Under the pieces are notes generated by a model. That model did no database searches. It was given only the letters and a program-made list of their open reading frames with translations, and was not told where the DNA came from. Below, piece by piece: positions 52,770 through 64,000 of a stretch of DNA of 64,000 nt. The position numbers and the translations under genes are program-made. The stretch is from Gnetum montanum (Eukaryota > Plantae > Gnetophyta): positions 675,259 through 739,258 of the forward strand of contig MNCI01002813.1 of NCBI GenBank assembly GCA_015680685.1. The letters run 5' to 3'. How positions within the stretch are numbered: position 1 is the first letter of the stretch; each line of letters begins with the position of its first letter.

Positions 52770-55700
52770 TCAATCACACCTCCGAGAAGAGTCACTTTCC
52801 TTTCCGAAGAAGTACTCATCGTCACTTGTTCCTGGAACTTCCCACATGCTTTGGAAGCATTAATAACATCAAGGAATAGCCGAAGGGACTGAGCCTCAAT
52901 GGCAAAGTCTGTATAATATTGACAATAGACAACGTTTTCTTGTTTATAGACCTATTTATGATCTTTTTGCGTCTGTCCCCACTCTTGGATACTCATGCTA
53001 AAGTCCTTCCAGTCTTGGTTCTTCTAAGCTAGGAGGTCCATTTGCATACGCTACTCGACCATTTCATAGCTAGTTTGGATACTATTCCTAATGACACTCT
53101 AATAATGAGTGTAGTCAATAATAGATGTCCTCCAATCCTCACTTTCCATTCCTTGGGCTTGCAGGAATTCATTCCGTGTTCTTAAATCCCCAACCTCATC
53201 ATGTAGAGCCACCCTCTCTTTCTCTGACCTTTGCAACCTATTCCAAAGGTCCTTATTTACACTTTGACATTCCTATAAGGAGCGATTAAAGCGTACAGCA
53301 CATTTACACATCTCATCGTAAATGTTATGTGGCATGATGGTCACTTCTGATGGGGGTTCGGTGACATCTAAATTGATAGGCTCTGACGGATCCCATCTGA
53401 GGCGAGCTCCTAATAGCATAAAATGAAAATTTAACATGATTGGGTAGTGTAATGTCATAGTAAAATAATTTCTACATAATGACAATAATGTACTAGCTTT
53501 AGCATCAATATGCTTTAAGCGAATGATCATATCTTGGATGACGCCTTCCGTGAAGGCAAATTTATCAAGAAATTTGCCCTAGGATTGAGTCGCCACTATT
53601 ACCAAGTATATGCTCTGGTCACCTGTTACACAGAATAAATTTCATATAAGGACATGATTAAGAAATTATGATGACCAGAAAAACCTTTAGAATTTATCTA
53701 AAGTCTACTATGCTATAAGAATTAATTTTATCGAGTAAAAAAAACCACTTGCCTTGTCTAGTCCCAGCTGAAAGAAATTTGGCATCCTCAACCACTACCT
53801 TCTCTTCCTATGCAGAAGCTTGTTCACTCCTCACCTTATTGACTAGGGTCTCCTCTCCCAAAACCAATGCCCCTTCTCTATGCCGTAAGACTATAGCCCC
53901 TATTTCAGGGGTCAACCGTTCCACAACACTTTCTATCATGCAACATAGCTAGTTAACATAAGATTTCACTTTTATTTAACGAATATTATGCTATGCAATA
54001 GTGTCTCTACATAAATCATGACCATTGGTATATTTCATTACTTACCACCTAGAGGATTACTCCTCTGAAACTTGATTTGAATTTTCTTCCCCACGCCACC
54101 CACTGGCTTGGCAGATTCCTCGTTCAAGCGAGGCTTTTTCCATGGCACTGATGAATCCACTATCTCGACGACCAAACGCTTACCCCTCGATACATCACCA
54201 GTGTAAGAGGGAGGCATCCCACCCATGCTATCTTGGCCCCATGTTCGAGGTGCCACCATACTTCTAGTTGTTACTGATAGCAACTCCTCGATCCCTTCAG
54301 GAGGGTCTTGCGATCGAATAGTGCCAAAGATATGGGAGATCCATGGCTTGGAAATCTAACTGTGGTCTTGTTGCACCTAGGTCCCATTCCTATGAACTAC
54401 TAGAAATTTGGGAAAACTCTAGAAGTAAGCTATGAAGAAGACGAAATGCACGTTGAAATGGGACTCAAGCTCCTTGCGAAGCCTAACCATCTCAATGCAT
54501 AAACCTTTGGCAAAATAGCTCGCCCAATTGAATTGTGTCCCCTCCTCTATGAACTCTCACATAATTTAGGCCTGCTCAATGGTGAGAAATGTCCCTTGCG
54601 AGAGTGTCTTTGGGAAGGCCTAGGCCCAAAAAATAGGGTAAATAGTATGGGCTACCTCCAACACGATCCTTTCAGTGGGGATTCCCTTAACTTCCTTCTT
54701 AACCCCTAGCTACTCCTCTATCTCTTACTAGTACTTGGCAATCCTTTTAGATTTTTCATCTATAGGAAAACCATTGAAGGGAACATTGAAAATATCAACA
54801 AATAGTTGAGCGTCAATGTCAAAATTTACGTGCACATTACGCACGCGTACGAAGAGATGCTTAGCTTCTTCGCTAAAGGAGTTGACTAAGGCCATCATTT
54901 TACCTACAGTAACATTAGGGTTTATGGCCAAGAAAATGTCCATTAGTCCAGCCTCCTGAATGTTATTGGTTACTACAATTGGGGTTGCTCTATGTCCAAG
55001 CCAACATTGGGCCTCCTTTATGTCATCATAACGAAAGAGGAGACTGTTGGCCTCATGAACAGAGGCCATAATCGTAATCTCCTGTGATTTCCTAACTGCT
55101 AACACAGAACAATAGGTAAGCTGACACCAACTAATAACATTGACATAATTCATCATCATGATAAAGCTTACCAGGCCCAAAAGATAAAGGAAATGGAGGA
55201 ATTTTCCTTCACACATCTGCAACAATAAGGAGAGGATCCAAAGTCCACTTCCTATCTAGCCATTTGAGTTTCTTGCATCTAGAAAAGAAGTCAGCATAAC
55301 GGGTAGGGTATTCTAGGATCTTGAATGCCAGTTGTTCCATGACAGCAACCTGTACGTTGCTGATAGAGGTAAATTCTGCTATAGCCCTTTCGGCCAATGA
55401 AAATGTATCATTATTGCCCAAAAGACCACTTTCATTGATGAAATCTACACCATAGACAATCCCTTTATGCTCACCATGCATTTAAACAGTAGTTAGCACA
55501 TTACAACACTGCGAAGAGAAATAAAACTTACTCGCCTGTGTAATACATGATACCAGGTGGATTCTGAAAGTAGGTTGTGAGATGAAGAGCCATGAGCAAA
55601 GTGTTATAAGAATGGTAGTAGTTAAACCTAGGCATCTCCTAAATCTAGCTCAAATTCCTCAAACCCCTGGCTCTCTGTTCGCAATCTTGCACCAAAACAG

Positions 55701-56611
55701 TTTCGATCGCATCATTTGACAGAAATGTGAAGATGCTCTATGTTGAACCAACCAATAGCATCTCTAAAATAGTAGTAGCTTCATCACTTGGTAGATGCAA
55801 CCAGATGATTACACTATAATTATGAAGCAAAAATTGCAAAAAATCTCACACGCTCCTTCGGAACCATACCGCCTCCTCCTTTATACGAGCATGAGGAGGA
55901 GGAACATTGGCTGCGGGAACATGAATGCAGCATAGAATGCCCATGATGTCTAGAATGATTAGGATGGGCTTTAGCATAATACTGTAAGATAAAAAATGTA
56001 TTACTATCAGATAAACTATTTAGACAAAAACATTCATCACGCTACACTAGGGTTCACATGATTCTATGAAAATTATAGAGTACATTGGAGATGCATGACC
56101 AAAATCACCCAAACCCTTACAACAGCTCAAGGTATGTCCTTGACAATGGCGATGAAGGAAACACTACGTATTACCACAGTGTACCAGATAACTATTAGAA
56201 ACAATCAAAAAAACAAAATAAAACAGGACTCCAATTACACCACACATGAATATAGTACTTAGATTTTTTCCAGCTATACATCTACACAACATTACTCCAT
56301 ACTCCCTAAATTCTCATAACAATACAAAGTTTGTGAAACTACAATAGCCTAGCTCACATAAATAAACATTAACACTCGATCCAACATGCATATCCAAAAT
56401 ATGAAAATATGCAACATGGATATTCAAAATAAAAATAACTATGATGTTGTAACAAACATGACAATAGTGCAAAGGCGTGGACAGTGATTTACCGGTTAAG
56501 CAGAGTAACTTCCCGAGCCTCTACTTTGGCCTGTGATGCTCGCTGCAAACTCTCTTACACTTCATCAGTCCTGGCCAACTTGGCATTCTTTCCTTTAACC
56601 TTTGGTGCCAT
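52770..56611 (-). pseudogene. Intron-containing antisense accessory gene of element T. The central domain resembles plant retrotransposon accessory (PMD / putative plant transposon protein-like) domains, and the C-terminus is coiled-coil-like.
   Basis: Start MAPKVKGK at 56611. Introns 56492-55982, 55171-55096, 54045-53933, 53752-53623 (GC-AG) and probably ~53491-53411 join the open frames in phase. Motifs VRVRNVHVNFDID..FNVPFNG and FNWASYF. Scattered internal stops. Confidence 0.72.
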
Positions 56612-56729
56612 GGCTACAATCAAACAAAATCTTCGTAAAGTCGTCTGCTCACACTTTGTTTACGCTCCCTTCTTGCTATAGCTAGATCCAAATTCACGAT
56701 ATCGGTAACCTGTTTTGAGCGTGAACCAC

Positions 56730-56745
56730 TGGTTTATAAATAAAA
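56730..56745 (-). promoter_or_regulatory. Candidate TATA box of the antisense gene
   Basis: Minus-strand TTTATTTATAAACC about 125 nt upstream of the ATG at 56611. Confidence 0.4.
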
Positions 56746-57195
56746 TGCTTGAAACTAACTAATTCTTTCTATTCGATCAATGTGGAACTTTCCCAAAACA
56801 TTGGTGTTAGTATGACATGGAACGTGAATATTAGGGAATTAATTTCGTAGATATCGCACGAGTTACAGTTTGAAATGACCCTAAACTAATACATAGCTTA
56901 TCACCTCGTAATCTCGTCAGATTAAGTACCGTCTATGTAAAATTTCAAATCCAATTATTTCGACATGCTAGACATGCCATGTTACATCTTGCATATTATT
57001 TCATACATTAGCATCTAGGAAGCCTAGCTCACCCTTTCTTTTCATAAACTATGCATATTTGTAACAGTCCACTAAGACCTTAAACTAGAAACTCCTCTAA
57101 CATGCAATTCTGATGCAGAAAGAAATAAACATTTATCATTCAATAGATTGGTAGAAAGATAATGTAATAACTTCCATTTTTGGCAATTTTTGCAG

Positions 57196-60100
57196 GGCCA
57201 TTCGCAAATGGATGCAGCTTTATCTGCACCCTTAACCCTAACAGGGCCACATGAGAAGATCATTAGGTAGTTCAATCACATGCTAGTAGGAACAAACCTT
57301 TCCCTTTATGACACAACCATAGCAACATTGGAAACATCCTCGGAGTGGCCAAAACATCTAGCCTGAACACTTGACCAGGAGGGTGGTGATGTAACCGAGG
57401 ACCCTCTCAATGAGGTCCCTGTGGTTACACACAAGGGTGAAAATAAAACTCTTAGGGTTAGTTCTCTCCTAGACCAACATATGCAAAGTGACATAACACG
57501 AGTTCTCCAAAAAAATGTTGCCATATTTGCATGGTCATATGAAGACATGCTAGGTCTAAACCTGATATTAATATAGCATAACATAATTTTAGACCCATGC
57601 ATCAAACCAATTAGATAGCAGGCATGAAAGATTAAGCCAAAAATTGGCCTAGTAGTGTGTAATGAAATCACCAAGTTGTATCAGGCTGGTTTCATTCGCA
57701 TGGTCGATTACTCAAAATGGGTCCAACATCATAGTTGTCTCTAAGAAAACAGGAGGTATGTGCATTTTCATAGACTTCCAGGATTTGAACAAAGCTACGA
57801 TTAAGGAAAATTTCCTGTTACCTAATATCGACCAACTGATCAACACAATAGTTGGTCACATGCTCCTATCTTTTATGGACGGATTTTCAGGTTATAATCA
57901 AATTCATATTAATCTAGAACATCAATTGACTACGACATTCATGACACCCTGGGGAACCTTCTATTACACCATGATGCCTTTTGGACTAAAAAAAGCTAGA
58001 ACAACATATCAACAAGCCATGACATACATCTTTAGCAACTACCTCTTAGGGAGATTGAATGACTACGTGGATGACATAGCTGTCAAATCTATAAAGTCAG
58101 AAGATCATTCAGAAGACCTAGAGTTAGTCCTTAAACAATGTCTCAAACATGACTTACTGCTCAACCCAAAGAAATGCATATTTGAAGTCAAAACCGGATG
58201 CATGTTGGGGTTTGTGGTATCAGAGACTAGCATTTGAGTCAACCTCGTCAAGGTCAAAGCCATCGTTGATTTAATGCCACCTACAAACCTCAAGGAACTA
58301 TGTGGGTTACAGGGCAGGCTTCAATTTCATTTCAAAGTTAATAGATAAATTACAACCCATGCAACATCTCCTCAAGAAGGATGTTAATTTTGAATGGACC
58401 GATGACTTCCAGTGTGCATTTGAAAACTTAAAAAAGGAGCTACAACATTTACCAATAGTTTTCTTTCCACAAAGGTATTAGCCTTTTTACATCTATCTAG
58501 CAAACTTGGACATGTCCATAGCTACGCTACTTCACCAAAAAAGGAACGATGGGTCAGAAGCCCCTATCTACTACCTCAATCATGCTCTATTTTTATACAA
58601 GACAAGGTACAATGAAGTGGAGCGTAACTATTTGGCATTGGTTTTTGCACTAAAAAAATGTAGGCATTATCTCTTCCGTAGTCAGGTCAATATCATTTGC
58701 AAAAATAATGTTCTGTGAGCTATCTCGAATAACTTGTGTGAGAGTAGTAGAATAGCTCACTGGAAGGCTATTATGGCAAAATTTGATTTACATTATGTTG
58801 GCCAGTTGTCCACCAAAGGCCAAGCCATAGCTAACCAATTAGCAACATCTCCGATTAACGATCAAGCTACAATAGAACCAGAATTCCCAGATGAACATGT
58901 ACATAGTTTAAGCTCTGTGTCAACAGGCCTTGAAGCAATGTTATACTTTGATGGAGCTTAAACTACTAGAGGCGGCAGTGCCACCACTATTATTACACTT
59001 TCTCCTAAGGATGTGCATCCATCAGCTTACCACCTGACCTTCCCTTATATGAACAACGTGGCAGAGTATGAGGGGATCCTCAGAGGATTGTTGATAGCCA
59101 AAGAACTTAAAGTTCAACACCTAGCAATCCGAGGCGATTCGATGCTCATCATCAATAAAATCACAAGACTCTATGCTTGCAAGGCTATGCACCTATAGCC
59201 CTACTGCAATATGGCTAAAGATCTCCTGAAATAATTTGTGACAACCGATGCCCAACACATGTCGTGCAATAAAAACGTTGTTGCCGATGCACTGGAAACA
59301 CTGGCACTAAACGTGCCACCACACTTGTTTGCCACTTGGCCTACTTTAATAATAGAATGTATAGAGCCTATCATTCAAGCAGTGCATATTTCTTCATTAA
59401 ACATGAAAGGAACATTAGAATGGTATGACAACATTAAAACTTACCTTCTGCATGGCAAACCACTGCACGAGCTAACACATGCACAAAAGGATGTAGTGCG
59501 CAAGCGTGCTAGGCAATACGTCATCCTTGGAAATAGTACTCTCTATAGACACTCTTTCAATGGGGTATTACTTACCTGAAATAATAGTGACCAAGAACAA
59601 TGAATAGTTAACAAATTCCATGAAGGACTGTGCAGAGGACACATAGCCTCGTGAGCAATGATCGCTAAAATCAAACACCTAGGGTACTATTGGTCGTACA
59701 TGGAAAAATACTACCTTTCCAAGGTTGAGACGTGTGACACATGCCAACATTATGCAAATCTAATACATGTGTCACCAGCTGAGTTACACACTACCTAGAT
59801 TACTTGGCCATTCCAACGATGGGGACTGGACATCATAGGTCCCATTGCACCTAAATCTTCCGTAGGACATTGCTTCATTATCACTGCCACCAAGTATTTT
59901 ACAAAGTGGGTTGAGGCTATCCCCCTATGAAATATTACATCTCAATAGGTTTTCCATTTCATCTTACACAATATTGTAACCATATTTGGACTCCCTTTGA
60001 CTCTTGTGACTGATAACGGACCATAATTTAGTAGCACGAAAACCAAATCTTTTTGCAATAATCTTGGTATCAAGCAATATTTTTCTTCACCATATTACCC

Positions 60101-60662
60101 AAAAGCAAATGGTCAATCAAAAGCAATAAACAAGGTAATCATCAATCTTCTGAAGAAGATGCTCAGCAACAATAAAAAATGATGGCATGAAAAAATCCTC
60201 TACATGCTATGGGCATATCGTACGACCTATAGAACAACTACAGACAGGATGCCCTATAGCCTAGTCTATGGATCTGAAGCAGTGTTGCCCTTAGAATTAC
60301 AAGTTCCCTCATTGCGAATGGTCCTCTCCATGGTTATAAATGAGACTCAGCACAATGAGTCTAGGATCATGAATTTGGACTCAGTAGAGGATAATCACAT
60401 CCAAATGCTCAACAATATTGAAAGATATCAGGACAAAAAAAGATAGAAGCACTGGCACAATCTACACCAGTGACTGATCCAGAAGGGAGACTTAGTTATC
60501 AAGGCCATTCATGAACTAGTAGGTAAGTTCTCTATGAACTGGAAAGGCCCTTTCTTGGTCATTGACGCATACAGTAATGGAGCATTCAAGTTATCAGATA
60601 TCAATGGCAACGAGCTACCAAATCCATTGAATCATCTGTATCTCTAACAGTACCACATCTAA
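57196..60662 (+). pseudogene. pol: pol of element T: RT, RNase H, additional archaeal-type RNase H, integrase
   Basis: RT motifs FAWSYEDM (57526), DFQDLNKA, FMDGFSGYNQI, MPFGLK, YVDDI. RNase H motif PIYYLN..ERNYLALVFA. aRH motif LYFDGA..NNVAEYEGILRGL..IRGDS. Integrase motifs WPFQRWGLDIIGP, TKWVEA, TDNG, YYPKANG, LWAYRTTYR, WKGPF. Confidence 0.95.
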
Positions 60663-60694
60663 TCATTGACTTGGCTCAAAATCAGGTAACAAAC

Positions 60695-61058
60695 GTCTGC
60701 TATGACGTAAAACTAGCAAATTTGTAAATGTCCACTACGACATAAAACTGAAAAATTCATAAATGTCCACTACAACGTAAAACTAGTATTTTTTGCATGC
60801 GTCCGCCAAGATGCTAAACTAGCAAAGTTTCTGACCATCTGCCATGATGAGAAACTAGCAAGGTAAGAAAACGTCTACTGAGATACTAAACCAGCATAGA
60901 CTTGTCCATGGGTCATGACATAAAACTAACATCCATAGCACGGTTTGCTAGGACCATAAACTAGCCATTCCACCATCTGCTACGACGTGAAACTAGCATA
61001 TTTCAGTTTGCCTAGATGTTAAACTGGGACCATGTCCTGCTGAGACTTAAAACCAGCC
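60695..61058 (+). repeat. 3' UTR array: about 11 copies of a degenerate 24-nt motif (GTCYGCYAYGACRTAAAACTAGCA) with variable 4-12 nt linkers
   Basis: Units read directly, e.g. gtctgctatgacgtaaaactagca, gtccactacgacataaaactgaaa, atctgctacgacgtgaaactagca. Confidence 0.85.
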
Positions 61059-62279
61059 ACAATGGTCAACCAAGAACCAAAATTGGAATCTGTCAATAGG
61101 AAATCCATGAAGCAAGTGAGTGTGATCACTCTTGCACTACATCCCTACCAGATGGAGTGGGTAAGACATTGGAATAGATGCAATGTTGTTACACCATTGG
61201 CATCCTACTAATTCCTTGGACATGTCGAAAGGCATACTACTGACCCCTTGGAGATGTTGCTACGACAGCTACTTTATAGTTGCAACTCCTGGGATCAACT
61301 TCGTCACTTGGGGCCCTGAAGAAACTATAGTCATTCATAGTCTCAGCAGCCTCCATCCATCGCCATCACTAGATTCTGGATTAGTAGATTCATCTGACAT
61401 GTTCTCTACACAATCCTTTGAGCAAGATGAATCTGGCTGTCTATAGCAACTTTATGAACTTTAGAATCAACATTGGCACCCTTTCTCCTTGCTATAGTCC
61501 CTGTTTCAATGGTCTACACTCTCCTTCTCTCTTTGGGTGGTGCTTGTTTCAACAGCCTCCCTCCATAGTGATCAGGACATTTGGTTCTGGCTCCCTTTTT
61601 TTGTTATGTTTGGTAGGTTACTTGTTATGAGAGTGTTGATTGAGAACACTTTCATTGGAAGGTGAGGTGTTATGGCATTCTGAGGTGGCTTCTCAGACTA
61701 GCCGATCTACTTAGAAGTGCAAACCCTACCTCTCCCTCCATTGGATGCTTTACTTTATTTTCCTCTTTCCTTATCCTTACAATCATCCTCACCTTCGTCT
61801 CTGCTTGTACAGAACATGAGCATTAAGTCAATCCTTTTGCATCATCATGTCCATGAATAGGCATAACATAGCTCACCTTGTGGGATGCAATCTACACTTT
61901 TTCAAAAAAAAAAGAGCAGGCGGTAACACTTGGCAAAATGGATGTAAAAAAACTCATCCAGGCCATGTAGGTGTAACACAACTCGTCCTTGCAAGCCCCC
62001 AATATGTCATATGCCAACGTAACCTTTTGCAAATACATTAGCGAAAGGACGTAATAACTTGTTCGGAAAAGCTCCATGTTCATGTATTTGAGTCTTCCCT
62101 GAACCTACCTTCTCTAACTCCTATAAGATCCCTCATATACCCTATGGCCCTCCATCTTCGCACTTCTAAGTTTGACAGAATGACATTTGAGTAGTCTCCA
62201 ATAGATGTTGTTGATGCCTTTACCTTTCCAGTGTTTCGTATTCTTTGTCGACGTCTTTCGGACAAGCCCCCTAAATGTC

Positions 62280-62295
62280 AACAAAGAGGGGCCAT
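62280..62295 (+). promoter_or_regulatory. Polypurine tract of element T
   Basis: AACAAAGAGGGGCCAT immediately before the TG of the 3' LTR. Confidence 0.8.
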
Positions 62296-63654
62296 TGAAA
62301 CACCATGAAAATTTCAAGGCCTCAGTGGTTCAGCAAAAAGCCTGTGATTCAGGCAAAGGATCACAACAAAGCATGGCATAGTAAGTTCCTTTTTAGATTA
62401 AAAGCCTATCTTGCCACATTGTGTGGCACAGCACAAACGAATTCCAGAAGACAGCAAAATGATGGGTGCACAGCGGCAAGTTTTCGACCTTTCAAATTCT
62501 CTATGTTTCGAGAACCTTAGCTTTTTGGCATCTTACACTACATTACGCAACATGGCGTAATGTAGCATAATGTCAAAAAGCAATCCACCACAACATTAAG
62601 GACGAAAAATGCCCAAAAACTTTAGCAACACTTCGATTTTCTGTAAGTGTACTATTTTACGCTAGATTAAGCTATGAAGTGTAATCTAGCATGGTGTAGC
62701 ATAATTTAGCAGGGTGCAATGTAATACAAGCATCAGCAGTCCATGCAGCGTAATACCCTCTCTAGCATACTGTAGCATAATGAAGAAATCGCCTGTCACC
62801 GAAGGTTCAACAAGAGCAGTTTACGCTGCGTTACGCTTTAGAGTGTAAGGCAGTGTGACATCGCAGACCTTAATAACCACCACATCAAGTCAACAACATT
62901 GTGCAAATTTAGGACATGCATCCTCTAAATCGCGTCTTTCTCTAAACTTTAATCTTATAAATACTCCAGTTGATAAAGAAAAGGGGGCAAGAAATTTCTT
63001 AAAATATTGAATGAATTTTCTTTGTGAGCAATTTCTTTTGCCCTTCCATTGATAATCGTTGATAGCTTTTGATAAGCAAACAAGAAGGATCAATAATTGT
63101 AAAAATATAGAAGATAATTGGCAAGAATCTCAGTCAAGAATAGTAGGTTGACGAACATTTTGCTTTGGACCAGCTCCCTTGTACACCGCTAGAACGAGGT
63201 AGATCGACCTTTGCTTGCTTCATCTTTGAACAGTTTTTCTTATTATTGGCACGTACTTTGCCCATATTGAAGTCTTCTTGTAATATTTATATTCAATATA
63301 TTTTGTTCATGAGGTGAATCCTAGATCTTGGGATTGCTCACATTCTAAATTTGATCTCTTGTGCCTCATCCATACGTCATAAATCTTGCAAAACGTCTTA
63401 AATCTATTTCATCGCTTTCAATTACCCGCTAAGTTAACGATATCATATCTTCCCATAAAGATCCATCATTTTATTATGAAAATATCAAAAACTTTTTTAC
63501 TGATCAAGTAAGTCCCTGTCTAATCGACAAGATCATTTAGGACACCTCGGATCCATTTTCTCTCTAGCATGGTCCTCACATGGATCTGGGGTTAAAACTA
63601 TGTACGTGGACTTTCGTTCGATATTTCCAGCGACCGACATTTTCCATCGTTAAA
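62296..63654 (+). repeat. 3' LTR of element T
   Basis: TGAAACACC...GTTAAA, followed by TSD CTACC. Confidence 0.93.
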
Positions 63655-63659
63655 CTACC

Positions 63660-64000
63660 TATATCTTTCCTTCTTCTTCTATCTTTATCTTTACTTTTCT
63701 ACTTTGTCTTATCCTCTACAATTTTAAGAGCACTTTGAAACTTTTCATCCAACCCATTTCATATTTTATCCACCTTAGCTAATATTTTAGTAGTAAATTT
63801 TTGAATCAACAAGGTTTTCCCCTACACCACTTTATCCAATGGTTCTTTCATCTTTGAAATATAGAAATACACCTTCCTTTTGTGAATGGAGGAATTTGAA
63901 TTAGATTCCTTTACACTTTCTCATATTTAAATATTTTCTTCTTATTTTTCCATCTTATCAATTAGCCTTTGGATCTAATTGGATGTCATCTTTGAAAGTA
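63660..64000 (-). pseudogene. gag: Continuation of element B0 gag beyond the Tat insertion
   Basis: Rejoins 46801 across TSD CTACC. The Lys/Glu-rich minus-strand frame parallels element A gag near 19030-19400. Confidence 0.6.

Larger units (their letters stand above)
46802..63654 (+). mobile_element. Full-length Tat/Ogre-type Ty3/gypsy LTR retrotransposon (element T, ~16.9 kb)
   Basis: LTRs at 46802-48205 and 62296-63654, TSD CTACC (46797-46801 and 63655-63659), PBS, PPT, gag-protease, and RT-RH-aRH-INT. Confidence 0.95.

Noticed and set aside
52615-52863. MALNYPRP repeat protein
   Set aside because: It is a translation of the 27-bp tandem array. There is no independent coding evidence.
60695-61058. 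CRISPR-like repeat-spacer array
   Set aside because: The repeats are degenerate, the linkers are only 4-12 nt, there are no cas genes, and the context is a eukaryotic retrotransposon UTR.
61100-61640. Possible second antisense ORF in the 3' region of element T
   Set aside because: Coding-like composition, but many stops and no consistent frame or motif.

Overview
This is AT-rich land-plant-type heterochromatin made almost entirely of nested, decaying retroelements. I found no intact host gene, rRNA, tRNA or CRISPR array. From left to right the window holds: (1) remnants of chromovirus-type Ty3/gypsy elements (1-915 and ~4600-6170, minus strand); (2) an L1-like LINE (ORF1 6907-8019, ORF2 from 8016); (3) a gag-protease-only Athila-like LTR element (11841-21657, minus) inserted into that LINE; (4) a truncated Tat-family derivative (13017-~16493, minus) nested inside (3); (5) a 2.6-kb degenerate TGACGTGG-type motif array; (6) a complete 3.7-kb non-autonomous LTR element with target-site duplication (TSD) TCCAT and an orphan ORF (27793-31540); (7) several solo or partial LTRs and two assembly gaps; (8) a pol-containing Athila-like element (minus, ~40780-46801, continuing at 63660); (9) a full-length 16.9-kb Tat/Ogre-type element (46802-63654, TSD CTACC) inserted into (8). 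The main highlight is inside (9). A ~5-kb block separates gag-protease from RT-RH-aRH-INT. It carries a multi-exon antisense gene with phase-consistent introns and a candidate TATA box. The element also has two motif arrays, both of which are retained in the pol-less relative (4). All alignments and translations were done by eye.
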